Positions 1 through 5,429 of a stretch of DNA of 5,429 nt are shown piece by piece. Under the pieces are notes generated by a model. It ran no database searches. It was not told where the DNA came from and saw nothing but the letters and a program-made list of their open reading frames with translations. The number at the start of each line of letters is the position of its first letter. Position 1 is the stretch's first letter. This stretch comes from Octopus vulgaris (lineage: Eukaryota): the NCBI GenBank assembly GCA_951406725.2, contig CATOCA020000103.1, positions 1 through 5,429 of the forward strand, given 5' to 3'. The translations under genes and the position numbers were made by a program.

Positions 1-71
1 ATTTCTTGATGAGTATGTCCCTAAATTTCTGACCATGCGAAGGGTTCTTTAGCCTCCAAATCCTTCTTTTC
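1..71 (-). mobile_element. Possible fragment of a second LINE (RTE-like ORF, linker after the endonuclease), running off the window edge
   Basis: The minus frame from 70 reads [23 protein letters not shown] and is open to position 1. It resembles from memory the basic W(K/R)LK(D/N)P...F segment that follows the APE domain in RTE-type ORFs. Only 23 codons are visible and no search was run. Confidence 0.4.
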
Positions 72-3552
<3,481 letters not shown>

Positions 3553-3620
3553 CCAGTTCCAGCCCATGAGCTGTGGCCATGCTGGGGCACCGCCATTTGG
3601 TGTTGCTACTTGGTTTCACT
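3553..3620 (-). other. 3' UTR of the LINE (68 nt)
   Basis: Lies between the ORF2 stop codon (TGA, 3623-3621) and the first AATC tail unit (ending at 3552 on the + strand). Confidence 0.8.
3559..3585 (-). promoter_or_regulatory. Predicted 3' UTR stem-loop, candidate RT recognition signal
   Basis: The minus strand reads CCAG-CATG-GC-CACA-GC-T-CATG-GG-CTGG. CCAG/CTGG, CATG/CATG and GC/GC can pair, with GG and T bulges and a 4-nt loop, 6 nt upstream of the tail. The position matches the 3' stem-loops known in L2/CR1-group LINEs such as eel UnaL2. Function is inferred. Confidence 0.55.
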
Positions 3621-5378
3621 TCATGGGGGCTTTCTAGCAACTGCTATTTGGTGCATGAGAGAGTTCGATGCAGCTGCCCTCATCTGCCCCTCCTGCCGTG
3701 AAGTTGGTTCATCTGGGACACCAGACAGGAAGAGATCCAGCTTCATTTTAAAGACATCTGTATCCACCCCATGCAGGTCTCTCAGGTTCTTCGGGAGGAT
3801 ATTGAAGAGCTGTGGGCCTCGGAAGCCCAGGCTATCACAGAATCTTGTCCTACATCTTGATGGCAGGTTTGGAGTCCTAGGCACCACGCAGTGGCGCCCA
3901 GTTCTGGCATTTGTGTAACTCTCGATGCCAAAGTTCAGGACACTTCCCTCCAGGATCTTCCAGATGTATATTATGGCATATCTTTCCCGCCTACGCTCCA
4001 GGGAGTATAATTTTAATCTCTTGAGTCTTTCCCAGTAGCTTACATTCTGCATAGAGGCTATCTTCTTTGTGTAGCTTCGTTGGATCGCCTCAAGTTCTGT
4101 GATCAACTTGACACTGGATGGTGACCATAGCTGAGAGCAATAGTCAAAGTGGCTTAGGACAAGTGTCTTCCAGAGGACCATCATGGTTTCTTGTTCTCTT
4201 GTTCTAAAGGTTCTAAGAATCCAGCCAGCCAGCCGTCTACATTTCACTGTCAGTTTAGCAACATGTACATGAAAGGTCGCGTCATCACTCATGTGAATAC
4301 CCAGGTCACGCACTGATTGTGCCTCTGGGATTGCAATCCCTCCGGGTCCAGTGTATTCATTGGGTATTGCATTCAGTTTTGCATGCTGATAGTATAAAGC
4401 TTGAAACTTTCCAGCATTGAACTGCATGCTATTCTTTTCAGCCCACTTGTATATTTCGTCCAGCTCACATTGCAGGTTTTTAGTGTCCTCAGGGTTCTGT
4501 ATTGCCTGTGAAACTTTTGTATCATCTGCATAACTTGTGATCGTGGATCTCTGCGTGGCTGAGGGCATGTCTGAGAGGGCCATTATGAACAGTAGTGGTC
4601 CCAAAACAGTGCCCTGTGGAACACCACTCATTATTTGCGTGTTAATGGAAGTGGCCCCATTGGCTACTACCACCTGACTTCTATTCTTCAGAAAGTCGTG
4701 AAGCCATTCTCCTAGTTTTCCAACTATGCCAAGATCACGCAACCTGTGACATATCATTCCGTGATCGACTTTATCGAAGGCCTTTGCGAAGTCGAGATAT
4801 ATGACTTCCACATTTGAGTGGTTGAGCAGTTGTTTCAGCACCCAGTCATAGTGCTGCAGGAGCTGAGTTAAGCAGCTTCTTCCTGGTCGGAAACCATGTT
4901 GGGTGTCAGGCAGCAAGTCATTTTCTTCAAGGAAGGTGATTAGTTTCCTTCTGACTATTCGTTCCATGACCTTGCTGATGTGTGAGGTCAGAGAGATAGG
5001 TCTGTAGTTCTTTGCCTCCGCTCTGCTACCTCCTTTATGAATAGGGCATATTTTACCTTCCTTCAGTCCCCTTGGAAGTTTGCCAGCTGCAAGGAAGCTC
5101 TGAAAGAGGGACTGCAGTGGTCTTGCTAAGACTCTCTTACATACTTTTAGGAGGATTGCCGGGAATCCATCGGGGCCAGTAGCTGAGTCTATTTTCATTT
5201 CATCTATAGCCTTTATTACATCGTCTTCCTTTATCTCGATGTAACTTATCGTCGCCGCCTCTGATTCTATATCTGCAGTGGTAAAGAAGTCAGTTGGATT
5301 GCTGATTTGGAAATGCCCAAGGGGTGGAGTGAAAACACTCTTGATTACTCTATGGAAATATACACACACATTATACAT
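3621..5378 (-). CDS. LINE ORF2 fragment: reverse transcriptase domain plus C-terminal region, lacking the endonuclease. The first ~12 codons, including the ATG, probably come from flanking DNA.
   Basis: Motifs in the expected order: [54 protein letters not shown] (from ~4799), [14 protein letters not shown] (from ~4628), YADD (4532-4521), [16 protein letters not shown]. No in-frame stop or frameshift before the TGA at 3623-3621. Confidence 0.93.
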   Translation of the reverse strand: MYNVCVYFHRVIKSVFTPPLGHFQISNPTDFFTTADIESEAATISYIEIKEDDVIKAIDEMKIDSATGPDGFPAILLKVCKRVLARPLQSLFQSFLAAGKLPRGLKEGKICPIHKGGSRAEAKNYRPISLTSHISKVMERIVRRKLITFLEENDLLPDTQHGFRPGRSCLTQLLQHYDWVLKQLLNHSNVEVIYLDFAKAFDKVDHGMICHRLRDLGIVGKLGEWLHDFLKNRSQVVVANGATSINTQIMSGVPQGTVLGPLLFIMALSDMPSATQRSTITSYADDTKVSQAIQNPEDTKNLQCELDEIYKWAEKNSMQFNAGKFQALYYQHAKLNAIPNEYTGPGGIAIPEAQSVRDLGIHMSDDATFHVHVAKLTVKCRRLAGWILRTFRTREQETMMVLWKTLVLSHFDYCSQLWSPSSVKLITELEAIQRSYTKKIASMQNVSYWERLKRLKLYSLERRRERYAIIYIWKILEGSVLNFGIESYTNARTGRHCVVPRTPNLPSRCRTRFCDSLGFRGPQLFNILPKNLRDLHGVDTDVFKMKLDLFLSGVPDEPTSRQEGQMRAAASNSLMHQIAVARKPP

Positions 5379-5429
5379 ACATCTGTGTATAGATGAATAT
5401 ATAAATACATTTAAATATCTATATACACT
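5357..5429. repeat. AT-rich low-complexity flank (degenerate TA/CA repeat)
   Basis: Contains atatacacacacattatacatac, gaatatataaatac and atctatatacac. Composition changes abruptly from the mixed-base LINE sequence. Confidence 0.6.

Noticed and set aside
5341-5346. TTGATT at the 5' junction as a target-site duplication of TTGATT at 3531-3536
   Set aside because: Only 6 bp and AT-rich. The 3' copy is part of the element's own tail and the 5' copy overlaps apparent coding sequence, so it cannot be called a TSD.
5380-5395. Small inverted repeat CATCT-GTGTAT-AGATG
   Set aside because: A 5-bp stem in AT-rich low-complexity DNA is expected by chance.

Overview
Eukaryotic (most likely invertebrate animal) genomic DNA made up almost entirely of repeats. 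Positions ~72-3531 are one very long (~3.46 kb) interrupted (TA)n microsatellite. It directly abuts the 3' end of a minus-strand, 5'-truncated CR1-clade non-LTR retrotransposon (~3530-5345). That element has an uninterrupted reverse transcriptase frame (YADD at 4521-4532), a 68-nt 3' UTR with a predicted stem-loop, and an (AATC)5 tail that merges into the TA array. The first ~70 bases may be a fragment of a second, RTE-like LINE. All long Y/I-rich ORFs are artefacts of the TA repeat. I see no convincing new biological system. The most interesting signals are the strong G-over-C strand asymmetry of the array interruptions, the seamless LINE tail/array junction, and possible LINE fragments on both sides of the array.
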